Position numbers and translations under genes: made by a program. Of a DNA stretch of 64,000 nucleotides, positions 39,796-49,295 are shown one piece after another. Below the pieces are notes generated by a model that worked only from the letters and a program-made list of their open reading frames with translations, ran no database searches and was not told the DNA's origin. The stretch spans positions 1 through 64,000 of the IMG/VR virus record IMGVR_UViG_3300030294_000005, one strand, 5' to 3'. Numbering within the stretch: position 1 is the stretch's first letter; the number at the start of each line of letters is the position of its first letter.

Positions 39796-41280
39796 ATGGG
39801 AATTTACAATCCTACAAATAATATAATTCATTTAAATGAACTAGCTATATTATTAGAAACGACTGGTGTAGAAAGAAAATGGAAATGTCCTTATTGTGAT
39901 TATCATGATACAAGAGAAAGATTAGTAAGTCATGTTGATGATGAACATGAAGATATGTTATCAGAAGATTATCCTGCATCAAGAGCTGTATTTAATTATA
40001 TAAATAAAAAGGATCATGGTTCTTGTATTGTATGTAAAAAAGAAACTAAATGGAATGATGAGACTTGGAGATATGAAAGATTATGCGAAATGCCAAAATG
40101 TGAGAAAGAATATATAGCTGGAATGAGAGCTAATATGGTTGGTGTATTTGGTAAAGAGAATTTATTAAATGATCCAGAACAACAAAAAAAGATGTTATCT
40201 AATAGAAAAATCTCAGGAACATATAAATTTGAAGATGGTGGTATTAGATCATACTGTGGTTCTTATGAAAAGAAATTATTAGAGTTTTATGATAAAGTTG
40301 TACGTGCTCATTCTAAAGATGTAATCACTCCTGGTCCTGTAATACAATATCAATATCAAGGAAAAACATTGAATTGGATTACTGATGTATACTATGTGCC
40401 AGCAAATCTGGTCCATGATGTAAAAGATGGTGGAGATAATCCTAACAATAGGCAAATGGATGACTATAGAGCTAAGCAAGATGCAAAAGAAGACGATATT
40501 TCTAAATTAAACAAATATAACTATATAAGATTAACTAATAATAATTTTGATCAATTACTATTGATACTTGCTGAAATAAAATATCAAATGATTGATCCGA
40601 ATAAAGAAAATAATACTGATTATATTATAAGAATAAATGAATCTGAATTAGGAGGGGCTATGCCAAATCAAAATAACCAATCAGACAATGCTTATATCAT
40701 ACCATATCTAATGGATAATTCTTTTAATATTGCTTTATCTACTGATAAGTATTTCTCTAATATGTATAAGATAAAAGATAATAAAATAGAAAAAGGATCT
40801 ATCAAAGATTTATATGAGAGTAAATATAATGTATACAAATATACTGGAGATAATTTTAAAGAAGTATATAAAAGTATATTAGAAGATTATAATAATAAAA
40901 CAAATATAGATAATAGATTCTATCTATATGAAAAAGTATGTGGGAAAAACTTATTAAGTATGGATCAATTAATATTTGATGAAAACTTAGAAGACTGTGC
41001 TGACGCATTTATTGAATCAGTATTAGATACTCAGATAAATGAAGCTACACTTATTCATCTTGCTAATAAAGAAACCCATAGTTTATTATACACAGAGTTA
41101 ACTGATATGCTAGATATAAATAGTAAGAAAAGGATATTATTCAATAATGAAAATACAAATATATTACAAGACATGAATGGATACTTTATATATAATGAAC
41201 AAAGTGATAGAAGAACAAAATCTTATGATAGTATATCATCAATACCTTATATAAATATTATGATTAATAGACTAGCTTAA
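39796..41280 (+). CDS. Virion protein with C2H2/C4 zinc fingers and a PD-(D/E)xK-like nuclease domain
   Basis: CPYC..H....H, CIVC...C and TDVYYVPANLVHDVKDG; starts MGIY at ATG 39796 (AGGAG RBS). Confidence 0.55.
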   Translation: MGIYNPTNNIIHLNELAILLETTGVERKWKCPYCDYHDTRERLVSHVDDEHEDMLSEDYPASRAVFNYINKKDHGSCIVCKKETKWNDETWRYERLCEMPKCEKEYIAGMRANMVGVFGKENLLNDPEQQKKMLSNRKISGTYKFEDGGIRSYCGSYEKKLLEFYDKVVRAHSKDVITPGPVIQYQYQGKTLNWITDVYYVPANLVHDVKDGGDNPNNRQMDDYRAKQDAKEDDISKLNKYNYIRLTNNNFDQLLLILAEIKYQMIDPNKENNTDYIIRINESELGGAMPNQNNQSDNAYIIPYLMDNSFNIALSTDKYFSNMYKIKDNKIEKGSIKDLYESKYNVYKYTGDNFKEVYKSILEDYNNKTNIDNRFYLYEKVCGKNLLSMDQLIFDENLEDCADAFIESVLDTQINEATLIHLANKETHSLLYTELTDMLDINSKKRILFNNENTNILQDMNGYFIYNEQSDRRTKSYDSISSIPYINIMINRLA

Positions 41281-41364
41281 TTGCTAGTCTTTTTTTTTTG
41301 TTGATATTATAATTTTTAATTATATATTATATATATGAATAAAATATAAGGAGATGTTTTTATT
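41269..41364 (+). repeat. Terminator-early promoter-RBS cassette
   Basis: AGACTAGC-ttaatt-GCTAGTCT, T-tract, AATTATATATTATA..ATGAATAAAATATAA..GGAGATGT. Confidence 0.75.
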
Positions 41365-41775
41365 ATGAAAGATTATAAAAATATACATAGTTTTAGTGAA
41401 GGACTAGCAGCTGTAGAATCAAAACATAAATGGGGATTTATTAATAAAGAAGGAGAAGAAGCTATACCATGTAAATATTGGCAAGTATATGATTTTTGTG
41501 AAGGATTAGCATCGGTAGAATTAGATAATAAGTATGGATGTATAGATAAGACTGGTAAAGAAGTTATACCGTTTAAATATGATTTTATATCTAGTTTTAA
41601 AGAAGGATTAGCATTGGTAGAATTGAATAATAAGATGGGATTTATTAATACAAAAGGAGAGGAGGTTGTACAATTAATATATAATAAAGTATATGATTTC
41701 AAAGAAGATTTAGCAGTTGTAATATCATTAGAGGGGGAATTTTGTGTTATAAATAGGAATGGTAAAAGATTATAA
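41365..41775 (+). CDS. WG-repeat protein 1
   Basis: F.EGLA.V....KWGFI...G.E.IP..Y repeats; no signal peptide. Confidence 0.9.
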   Translation: MKDYKNIHSFSEGLAAVESKHKWGFINKEGEEAIPCKYWQVYDFCEGLASVELDNKYGCIDKTGKEVIPFKYDFISSFKEGLALVELNNKMGFINTKGEEVVQLIYNKVYDFKEDLAVVISLEGEFCVINRNGKRL

Positions 41776-41780
41776 TTAAT

Positions 41781-41881
41781 AGACTAGCTTAGTTGCTAGT
41801 TTATTTTTTTTTGTTAAATTTAATAATAATTATATATTATATACATGAATAAAATATAATTTATAAGGAGATGTTTTTATT
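41781..41881 (+). repeat. Terminator-early promoter-RBS cassette
   Basis: Near-identical to the 41269 and 49995 cassettes. Confidence 0.75.
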
Positions 41882-42226
41882 ATGGAAAAAGAATTAAATT
41901 TAAAACAATTATTATTAACTAAAGATATTAAGAAAGGATTAAATTCTGATCTATTTAGTGATAAATCAGAATTAAAAGCTGCATTAAACAAAGTCATATC
42001 ATTTGATGGCGATAATCAAATACGTGTAGATGCGGTTGTTGATGGAAAAGATGTATCATTTGAAAATACCCTATATAAAAAAGAACTATATCTATTAGAG
42101 TCAAGAGTGTTTGATAAAAAAACTGATAGTTTTATTGGTGCATATTTAAAGGTTGTTGAATCTGATGGACATGTATTAGATTTAAATAATGTATGGGGAA
42201 CTACTGATTGGAATGTAGTAAAATAA
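41882..42226 (+). CDS. Hypothetical protein within the WG array
   Basis: Own cassette promoter and RBS. Confidence 0.65.
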   Translation: MEKELNLKQLLLTKDIKKGLNSDLFSDKSELKAALNKVISFDGDNQIRVDAVVDGKDVSFENTLYKKELYLLESRVFDKKTDSFIGAYLKVVESDGHVLDLNNVWGTTDWNVVK

Positions 42227-42250
42227 AATTTATAAGGAGATGTTTTAATT

Positions 42251-42901
42251 ATGAAAGAATACGATAAATCATTTGGATTTTTTGAAGGATTAGCATCAGT
42301 ATCATTAGATGGAAAATGGGGATTTATTAATAATAAAGGTGAAGAGATAATACCATTAATATATGATTATGGATTTAATTTCAATGAAGGACTAGCTAAA
42401 ATAACATTGAATGGCAAATACGGATATATTAATACTATAGGTAAAGAAATAATACCATGTAAATATGATATGTTAACTAGAATTTCTGAAGGATTAACTG
42501 CAGTAAGGGGGAATGATTATAAATGGGGATATATTAATATAAAAAATGAATTAGTAATACTATATAAATATGATTTTGCGGGAAATTTTAGAGAAGGGTT
42601 TGCCCGTATAAGAATAGGCCACGAATGGGGATATATTAATACTAAAGGTGAAGAGATAATACCATGTAGATATAGTATGGCAAGAAAATTTTCAAATGGT
42701 ATAGCTAAGGTTCGTATAGGTAAATTGTGGGGATTAATCAATAAAGAAGGAAAAGAATTAGCTCCTATTATATATAAAACTATATCTGATTTTAAAGATG
42801 GTATTGCTGAAATAGAAATAGATGATAAATTTGGATTTATGAATACTGAAGGAAAAGTAATAGCAATATATAAATATACTATATCAGATACTAGAGATTA
42901 G
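42251..42901 (+). CDS. WG-repeat protein 2
   Basis: WG repeats. Confidence 0.9.
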   Translation: MKEYDKSFGFFEGLASVSLDGKWGFINNKGEEIIPLIYDYGFNFNEGLAKITLNGKYGYINTIGKEIIPCKYDMLTRISEGLTAVRGNDYKWGYINIKNELVILYKYDFAGNFREGFARIRIGHEWGYINTKGEEIIPCRYSMARKFSNGIAKVRIGKLWGLINKEGKELAPIIYKTISDFKDGIAEIEIDDKFGFMNTEGKVIAIYKYTISDTRD

Positions 42902-43007
42902 ATTAATTAATAGACTGGCTTAACTGTTAGTCTATTTTTTTTGTTAAATTTAATAATAATTATAATATAAACAATTATATAAATAAAGATTATAGGAGGA
43001 ATATGAT

Positions 43008-43622
43008 ATGAGGGAATATGATAGTATACATGATTTTCAAGATGGATTAGCATCAGTAAAATTAGGTAATAAATGGGGTTTTATCAATACTAAAGGTGAA
43101 GAAATAATTCCATTTATATATGATTATGGATTTAATTTTAAAGATGGTCTAGGAATGGTAGAATTGAATGGTAAATGGGGATGTATAGATAAGAATGGTA
43201 AAGAAATAATATCATGTAAATATGATCAGATATTTACATTTTATAATGGCTTAGCATCTATAGAATTGAATAATAAATATGGGTATATAGATAAAACTGG
43301 TAAAGTAATAATTCCAATAATGTATGATTATGTATATGACTTTACCGAAGAATTAATACGAGTACAATTAAATAATAAAACAGGGTTTATTAATATAGAA
43401 AATAAAATAATAATACCATTAATATATGATCATACTTATAGTTTTATTAAAGATGGAATGATTTCAGTAGAATTGAATGGTAAATGTGGATATATAAATA
43501 TAAAAGGCGAAGAAGTAATACCTTGTATATATGATGAAATATATGATTTTCAAGAAGGTTTAGCAGGTGTTAAATTAAATAATAAATTCTATTTTATAGA
43601 TAAAAGTGGTAAAAAATTATAG
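43008..43622 (+). CDS. WG-repeat protein 3
   Basis: WG repeats. Confidence 0.9.
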   Translation: MREYDSIHDFQDGLASVKLGNKWGFINTKGEEIIPFIYDYGFNFKDGLGMVELNGKWGCIDKNGKEIISCKYDQIFTFYNGLASIELNNKYGYIDKTGKVIIPIMYDYVYDFTEELIRVQLNNKTGFINIENKIIIPLIYDHTYSFIKDGMISVELNGKCGYINIKGEEVIPCIYDEIYDFQEGLAGVKLNNKFYFIDKSGKKL

Positions 43623-43664
43623 TATTAACAACTATATAAAATAAAATTTATTGGGGGAATTAAT

Positions 43665-44039
43665 ATGAATGAAAAAATCAAAGCTCAAATCTGTTTTGCA
43701 GGAACTGCAAATCTAGAAAAGGTAAAAGAACAACTAGTACAATTAAAGAATGAAAATAAATATGAATTTCATTGTTGCTTTTTACCAAGGCATATAGTAG
43801 TTGAAAAAGGATTTACAACAGATATAATTGATATGCTTGAAAATACATTAGGTGATGATCTTATATGGGAACTAAAAGAATATAAATCATTTGATGATAT
43901 TATGAAAGATTTATATACTGTAAGAGAGCACGTTGCTAATACAGTAAATAGAATGTTTGTTTTAGATTCAGGTACTGCTAGAGGTGTTGCTAAAGAAATT
44001 GAGCTATTCACTTCTGCAAAAGTTATAATGATGCCTTAA
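43665..44039 (+). CDS. Small Rossmann-like protein (possible SLOG/nucleoside-deoxyribosyltransferase fold)
   Basis: ICFAGT N-terminal strand-loop; RMFVLDSGTARGVAKEIELF resembles the SLOG/NDT G-T..E motif. Confidence 0.4.
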   Translation: MNEKIKAQICFAGTANLEKVKEQLVQLKNENKYEFHCCFLPRHIVVEKGFTTDIIDMLENTLGDDLIWELKEYKSFDDIMKDLYTVREHVANTVNRMFVLDSGTARGVAKEIELFTSAKVIMMP

Positions 44040-44046
44040 GAAAGTT

Positions 44047-44142
44047 AAACTAGAGATTGATTTCTCTAGTTTATTTTTTGCCAAATTTAATAATAACCAT
44101 ATATTATACATATGAATAAATTTATAAGGAGATGTTTTAATT
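44047..44142 (+). repeat. Terminator-early promoter-RBS cassette
   Basis: AAACTAGAGA-ttgatt-TCTCTAGTTT; AACCATATATTATACATATGAATAA; TTTATAAGGAGATGTTTTAATT. Confidence 0.7.
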
Positions 44143-44292
44143 ATGAATATATATGATAATATACTTAGTGAAGGATTAATAAGATCAAGACGAGATAATA
44201 AATGGGGGTTTAGTAATAAAGAAGGAGAAGAAGTAATACCCTGTATGTGCCACGATCCTATATTATATTTAAATAAGGAGACATCTAAATGA
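44143..44292 (+). pseudogene. Truncated single WG repeat (49 aa)
   Basis: MNIYDNILSEGL...KWGFSNKEGEEVIPC, then loses the pattern; stop overlaps the next ATG. Confidence 0.6.
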
Positions 44293-44822
44293 AAGAATAT
44301 GATATTAAAAATGGATTAATAATAGTAATGCTAAATGATAAATGGGGATTAATGAATAAAGATAATGAAGAAATTATACCATGTATATATGATCATATAT
44401 TTAAATTCGAAGAAGGGATAGCTCCAGTTTCATTAAATGGTAAGATGGGGTTTATTAATACAAAAGGCGAAGAAATAATTCCATGTAAATATATATATAA
44501 TTCATATAATACTATTTTTCATGATGGGCTTTCCCCAGTAAGAGTAGATAATAAATTTGGATATATTAATAAAAAAGGTGAAGAAATAATACCATTAAAA
44601 TATGATATGGCTTGTTATTTTAGAGAAGGATTAGCATCTGTAAATCTAAATGATAAATGGGGATTTATTAATACAAAAGGTGAAGAAGTAGTACCATTGA
44701 TATATGAAAATGCATTATTTAGTTTTGATAAAAAAATATTATGTGTAAGAACAAAGAGTGGATGGGGTACTATTAATAAGGATGATATATTATTTGATAA
44801 AGAGGATGTTCTAAATGAATGA
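44289..44822 (+). CDS. WG-repeat protein 4
   Basis: WG repeats. Confidence 0.9.
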   Translation: MKEYDIKNGLIIVMLNDKWGLMNKDNEEIIPCIYDHIFKFEEGIAPVSLNGKMGFINTKGEEIIPCKYIYNSYNTIFHDGLSPVRVDNKFGYINKKGEEIIPLKYDMACYFREGLASVNLNDKWGFINTKGEEVVPLIYENALFSFDKKILCVRTKSGWGTINKDDILFDKEDVLNE

Positions 44823-45420
44823 ATTAGGATTTGTATCTACTTATCATGAAGGACTTTTTAGAACGATAAAGGATGGTAAATGGGGTTTTATTGATAAAAC
44901 TGGTAAAATAATAATACCATATAAATATGATTTTGCATATAATTTTATGAATGGAATTGCATTTGTAAAACTAAATGGTAAATGTGGATTTATTAATAAG
45001 AAAGATAAAGAAATTGTATTAATAAAATATGACGATATATCTGATTTTAATGAAAAAATATCTATAGTAAAGCTTAATGATAAGTGGGGATTAATAGATA
45101 ATCGTGGAAGAGAAATAATACCATTAAGATATGATTGGATATCTAGATTAGAAAGGGTATTTAAAATAGGAAAGGTATCTAAATTTGATGATTATATTGC
45201 AACAGTAAGGCTAGACAATAAATATGGATTAATAAATGTAAAAGGGGAGGAGATAACACCTATAAAATATGATGATGTATTTGAATTTGATAAGAATGGA
45301 TTTGCAATAGTAAAAGCAAATGATAAATTTGGAGCTATTAATAAAGAAGGCAAAGAAGTTATACCATGTGAATATGATAAAACATCTAATTTTAATGATA
45401 TGGTTAAAGGGGGATATTAA
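44815..45420 (+). CDS. WG-repeat protein 5
   Basis: WG repeats. Confidence 0.9.
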   Translation: MNELGFVSTYHEGLFRTIKDGKWGFIDKTGKIIIPYKYDFAYNFMNGIAFVKLNGKCGFINKKDKEIVLIKYDDISDFNEKISIVKLNDKWGLIDNRGREIIPLRYDWISRLERVFKIGKVSKFDDYIATVRLDNKYGLINVKGEEITPIKYDDVFEFDKNGFAIVKANDKFGAINKEGKEVIPCEYDKTSNFNDMVKGGY

Positions 45421-46248
45421 ATGAAAAAATATGACTATGTATTTAGTTTTAATGATGGATTAGCAAAAGTAGTATTGAATGATAAATGGGGATTTATTAA
45501 TAAAAAAGAAGAAGAAGTAATACCATTAATATATGATATCGTATCTAAATTTAATAAAAGATTAATAGCTGTAAACATTAATAATAAATGTGGAATTATT
45601 AACAGAAAAGGTAAAATAATAATTCCATTAATATATGATAATATGTCTCAATATATTAATAATGATCATATGATAAAAGTAACACTTAATGGTGGTTGGG
45701 GATTTATCAACACTAATAATAAAGTTGTAGTCCCATTAAAATATGATGATATAAGTGAATTTAGTAAAGGGCTTTGCTCATTTAGACTGGATGAAAAATG
45801 GGGTATTATAAATAGAAGGGGTAAAGAAACAGTTTCATGTAAATATGATGATATAGATGAGTTTGAAAATGGATTAGCAGCTGTAAAACTAAATAATAAA
45901 TGGGGTGTTATTAATAAACGAGATAAAGAAATAATACCAATAAAATATGATGATATATTTAGTTTTGATAAAAAAAGACTTCTAGTAGTATTGAATAATA
46001 AATATGGATTAATTAATAGAAATGATGAAGAAATAGTTTCATGTAAATATGATTATATAGATGATTTTATTGATGGATTATCAATGGTGAAATTAAATGA
46101 TAAATTTGGATTCATTGATAGAAATGGTAAAGAAGTTATACCATTAATATATAATGAAGCACATAATTTTCATAATAAGCATACTATAGTAAAATTAAAT
46201 GATAAGTGGATATATATAAATAAAGCTGGTAAAGAAATACAATTATAA
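45421..46248 (+). CDS. WG-repeat protein 6
   Basis: WG repeats. Confidence 0.9.
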   Translation: MKKYDYVFSFNDGLAKVVLNDKWGFINKKEEEVIPLIYDIVSKFNKRLIAVNINNKCGIINRKGKIIIPLIYDNMSQYINNDHMIKVTLNGGWGFINTNNKVVVPLKYDDISEFSKGLCSFRLDEKWGIINRRGKETVSCKYDDIDEFENGLAAVKLNNKWGVINKRDKEIIPIKYDDIFSFDKKRLLVVLNNKYGLINRNDEEIVSCKYDYIDDFIDGLSMVKLNDKFGFIDRNGKEVIPLIYNEAHNFHNKHTIVKLNDKWIYINKAGKEIQL

Positions 46249-46261
46249 GGGGATGTATTAA

Positions 46262-46771
46262 ATGAAAAAATATGATGATCTAGGTAGTTTTAGTGAAGGT
46301 TTAGCTGAGATTAGATTAGGTAGTAAATGGGGGTTTATTAATAGAGAATTAGTAGAGGTTATACCATGTAAATATAGTTCTGCAGAACTTTTTAGTGAAG
46401 GTTTAGCAGTGGTATCATTAGATGGTAAATTTGGATATATAGATAAGGCTGGTAAAGAAGTTATACAGTGTAAGTATGATTATGCATATGATTTTATTGA
46501 AGGAATGGCATTAGTAAGATTAGATGATAATATAGGATATATTAATAAAGAAGGTAAAGAAGTTATATCGTTAATATATGCTAATGGTTATGAATTTTGT
46601 GGTGGCTTAGCAATAGTAGAATCAGGTTGTAGAATGGGATTTGTTGATAAAAAAGGTGAAGAAGTAATTCCATTAATATTTGATGAAGTATATGATTTCA
46701 AAGAAGATTTAGCAGTTGTAAAATTAAATGGTAAATGTTATTTCATAAATAAAGTTGGTGAAGAAATATAA
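46262..46771 (+). CDS. WG-repeat protein 7
   Basis: 169 aa; tandem duplicate of the next gene (534-bp period). Confidence 0.9.
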   Translation: MKKYDDLGSFSEGLAEIRLGSKWGFINRELVEVIPCKYSSAELFSEGLAVVSLDGKFGYIDKAGKEVIQCKYDYAYDFIEGMALVRLDDNIGYINKEGKEVISLIYANGYEFCGGLAIVESGCRMGFVDKKGEEVIPLIFDEVYDFKEDLAVVKLNGKCYFINKVGEEI

Positions 46772-46795
46772 TATAAAAAAGGTGGTATATATTAA

Positions 46796-47305
46796 ATGAA
46801 AAAATATGATGATCTTAATAGATTTTATGAAGGATTAGCAGAAATTAGATTGGGTGATAAATATGGATTTATTAATAAAGAATTGATAGAAGTTGTTCCA
46901 TGTAAATATGATTTCATATCTAGTTTTAGTGAGGGATTAGCAATAGTTGGATTAGATAAGAAATATGGCTTTATTAATAAAGATGGTGAAGAAGTTATAC
47001 CATTAAAATATGATTATGTGTGTGATTTTAATGAAGAACTTGCTTTAGTAAAATTGAATGATAAGATGGGATATATTAATAAAGAAGGTAAAGAAGTTAT
47101 ACCATTGATATATGATGATGTATATGATTTTCATAAAGGATTAGCCATAGTAGTATTGGATAATAAATGGGGATTTATTGATAAAGAAGGTAAAGTAATC
47201 ATATCCTTAATATATGATGAAGCATATGATTTTCATAAAGGTTTAGCAGTTGTAAGATTAAATAGTAAATGTTATTTTATAAACAAAGCTGGTAAAGAAA
47301 TATAA
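46796..47305 (+). CDS. WG-repeat protein 8
   Basis: 169 aa; same start MKKYDDL, same end EI* and same downstream spacer as protein 7. Confidence 0.9.
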   Translation: MKKYDDLNRFYEGLAEIRLGDKYGFINKELIEVVPCKYDFISSFSEGLAIVGLDKKYGFINKDGEEVIPLKYDYVCDFNEELALVKLNDKMGYINKEGKEVIPLIYDDVYDFHKGLAIVVLDNKWGFIDKEGKVIISLIYDEAYDFHKGLAVVRLNSKCYFINKAGKEI

Positions 47306-47328
47306 TATAAAAAAGGTGGTATGTATTA

Positions 47329-47781
47329 ATGTATAAAGTAATAGGTAAATTTCAAGAATTAGATGGAATAGAAAAAGAAAGTCTTAGTGAAATTAAAAAA
47401 GAACTAGGTCTTATTGGTTCATTATCTGCAGATGTAGGAAATATTGAATTATATTATACAGATGATGGTAACACATATGCTATAACTAAAGACAGTGAGT
47501 ATTATTATGGTAATAAGGGTGATACAGAAGATATTATTATTGCAAGGAATAAGCAAGGAAGACCTAGAGATACTATGACATTAGGAGATGTATCTAATAT
47601 ATTAAAAGAGCAAAATCCTAATGTATTATTAAATGATGTAAAATTATATGATAAATTTCTTAATCCCATTATGAGTATTGCTATTAATAATAAAAAGAAA
47701 CTTATTAGTTTATTAACAGATAGTGATTTTGTTGGAATTAATAAGCCAGCAAAAGTTTTAAGTGATATCAACTTTAAATAA
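47329..47781 (+). CDS. Hypothetical protein
   Basis: AAGGTGG RBS. Confidence 0.6.
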   Translation: MYKVIGKFQELDGIEKESLSEIKKELGLIGSLSADVGNIELYYTDDGNTYAITKDSEYYYGNKGDTEDIIIARNKQGRPRDTMTLGDVSNILKEQNPNVLLNDVKLYDKFLNPIMSIAINNKKKLISLLTDSDFVGINKPAKVLSDINFK

Positions 47782-47810
47782 TATATTTTAATTATAAAGG
47801 AGTAAAGTTT

Positions 47811-47990
47811 ATGGACGAAGATAGTATAAAAGTAGGAGATATCATTATAGGGACTGGTGATACTATGGAGATGGTATGTTCAGTAAAAGATAATATGATA
47901 TATACATTTGATGATAATACGTACAATACAAATGATGTCATAAAAGTAAAACCTAATTTAAATAAAACTAGACCAACTCCTAATATATAA
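47811..47990 (+). CDS. 59-aa hypothetical protein, paralogue of 49821-50003 (missed by the ORF track)
   Basis: MDEDSIKVGDIIIGTGD... versus MDRNDIKIADIIIGVGD...; AAGGAG RBS. Confidence 0.7.
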   Translation: MDEDSIKVGDIIIGTGDTMEMVCSVKDNMIYTFDDNTYNTNDVIKVKPNLNKTRPTPNI

Positions 47991-48045
47991 ATATAATAAA
48001 CCAGCTTAATTGCTGGTTTATTTTTTTGTCAATTGTATATTTTTT

Positions 48046-48120
48046 AATTATATATTATAATAATGAATAAAAGTTAGTAGTAAATCTGTATTCAATAAAA
48101 TTATAAACTACTAAAAGGAG
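48046..48120 (+). promoter_or_regulatory. Early promoter plus conserved structured 5' leader
   Basis: AATTATATATTATAATAATGAATAAAAG; TTAGTAGT pairs with ACTACTAA before AAGGAG. Confidence 0.6.
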
Positions 48121-48127
48121 ATATTAA

Positions 48128-49222
48128 ATGATTAATAATAAAAAAAGAAACATGGAAATATATAATTTAAAAAATGAAGGAAAAACTTATAAAGAAATAG
48201 CGATTATATATAAATTAACTCCAGAAAGAATACGTCAAATATGGTATAGAGTTGATAGACAGATTAATTATATAAAAACACCAAATTTAAATATAGATAT
48301 TGATCAATTATGTGATAATATGTATAAAATATCAAATTCAAATGTAGATGAGGATATATTAAAAACTTACATTGATATTTGTCACTATGATAGAAATATA
48401 GTGAGTGAAATAGCAAAAGATTTTAATATATCTATATATAGTAATGATCAATTAGATGAAAAATATTTTTCAAGTTTAGATAGTAAGGTATATAATTACA
48501 ATTATACTGGAAATGATTATTTAAAACGATTGGAACCTTACGGATTCATTTCTAATTCTAAGCATAATGATGAAATGTATATTTATAATTTAATAGAAAT
48601 AGATAAGTATTTCGAGATATATACTATAAATGAATTAGTCTCTGTATTAGGAATTACTGATAGTATAAATAATTATAAAAGAGAATATCTTATAAATAAA
48701 TTACAAAATAGTATAATTGAAAAATCAGATATTCTTAGATTAGTAGATGCATTGATAATATATTTAAATAATGATAAAATAAAAATATATGGTAGTTCAT
48801 TAAAATATAATATTTTAAAAGAAAAATTAAATTCAGCTTTAGGAAATCATATATATTTAGATAGTATTTATAAATTAGTTAAAGCTGGTCATTTAAAAGA
48901 ATTTGTTAAACCAATAAATAAACCTTTATATAAATGTATAACAGTAAATACTAGTATAGAATTCAATAAATGTTTTTATGATAGTTATACTACATTTACT
49001 GATAACTTAGAACAGTGTAAAAAAGAGTGTAATAATAGAGAAGTTGCACCTCTTGGATATCCTCAATTTTTATATGATATACAGCATATGCATAGTATAA
49101 TAACATTAAAACATGGAGTATATGTTGATATAGTAGAATTGAAAGAACAATTTAAATTAGATGAACCAAAATTTGATATTAATAAATATAGATATTTTTG
49201 CATATATGATAAAACAATATAA
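48128..49222 (+). CDS. Protein with an N-terminal sigma70 region-4-like HTH
   Basis: EGKTYKEIAIIYKLTPERIRQI. Confidence 0.6.
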   Translation: MINNKKRNMEIYNLKNEGKTYKEIAIIYKLTPERIRQIWYRVDRQINYIKTPNLNIDIDQLCDNMYKISNSNVDEDILKTYIDICHYDRNIVSEIAKDFNISIYSNDQLDEKYFSSLDSKVYNYNYTGNDYLKRLEPYGFISNSKHNDEMYIYNLIEIDKYFEIYTINELVSVLGITDSINNYKREYLINKLQNSIIEKSDILRLVDALIIYLNNDKIKIYGSSLKYNILKEKLNSALGNHIYLDSIYKLVKAGHLKEFVKPINKPLYKCITVNTSIEFNKCFYDSYTTFTDNLEQCKKECNNREVAPLGYPQFLYDIQHMHSIITLKHGVYVDIVELKEQFKLDEPKFDINKYRYFCIYDKTI

Positions 49223-49295
49223 TAGAAAGGATGATAGAAAAATGCATATAGAATATAATGAATTAAAGAAATAAAATTATAAAGGAGTATTTAAT

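Noticed and set aside
49224-49270. 26-bp duplicate of the RBS/start at 26165-26190 (AGAAAGGATGATAGAAAAATGCATAT) followed by a 10-codon ORF
   Set aside because: Most likely the scar of a deleted gene; no evidence of function.
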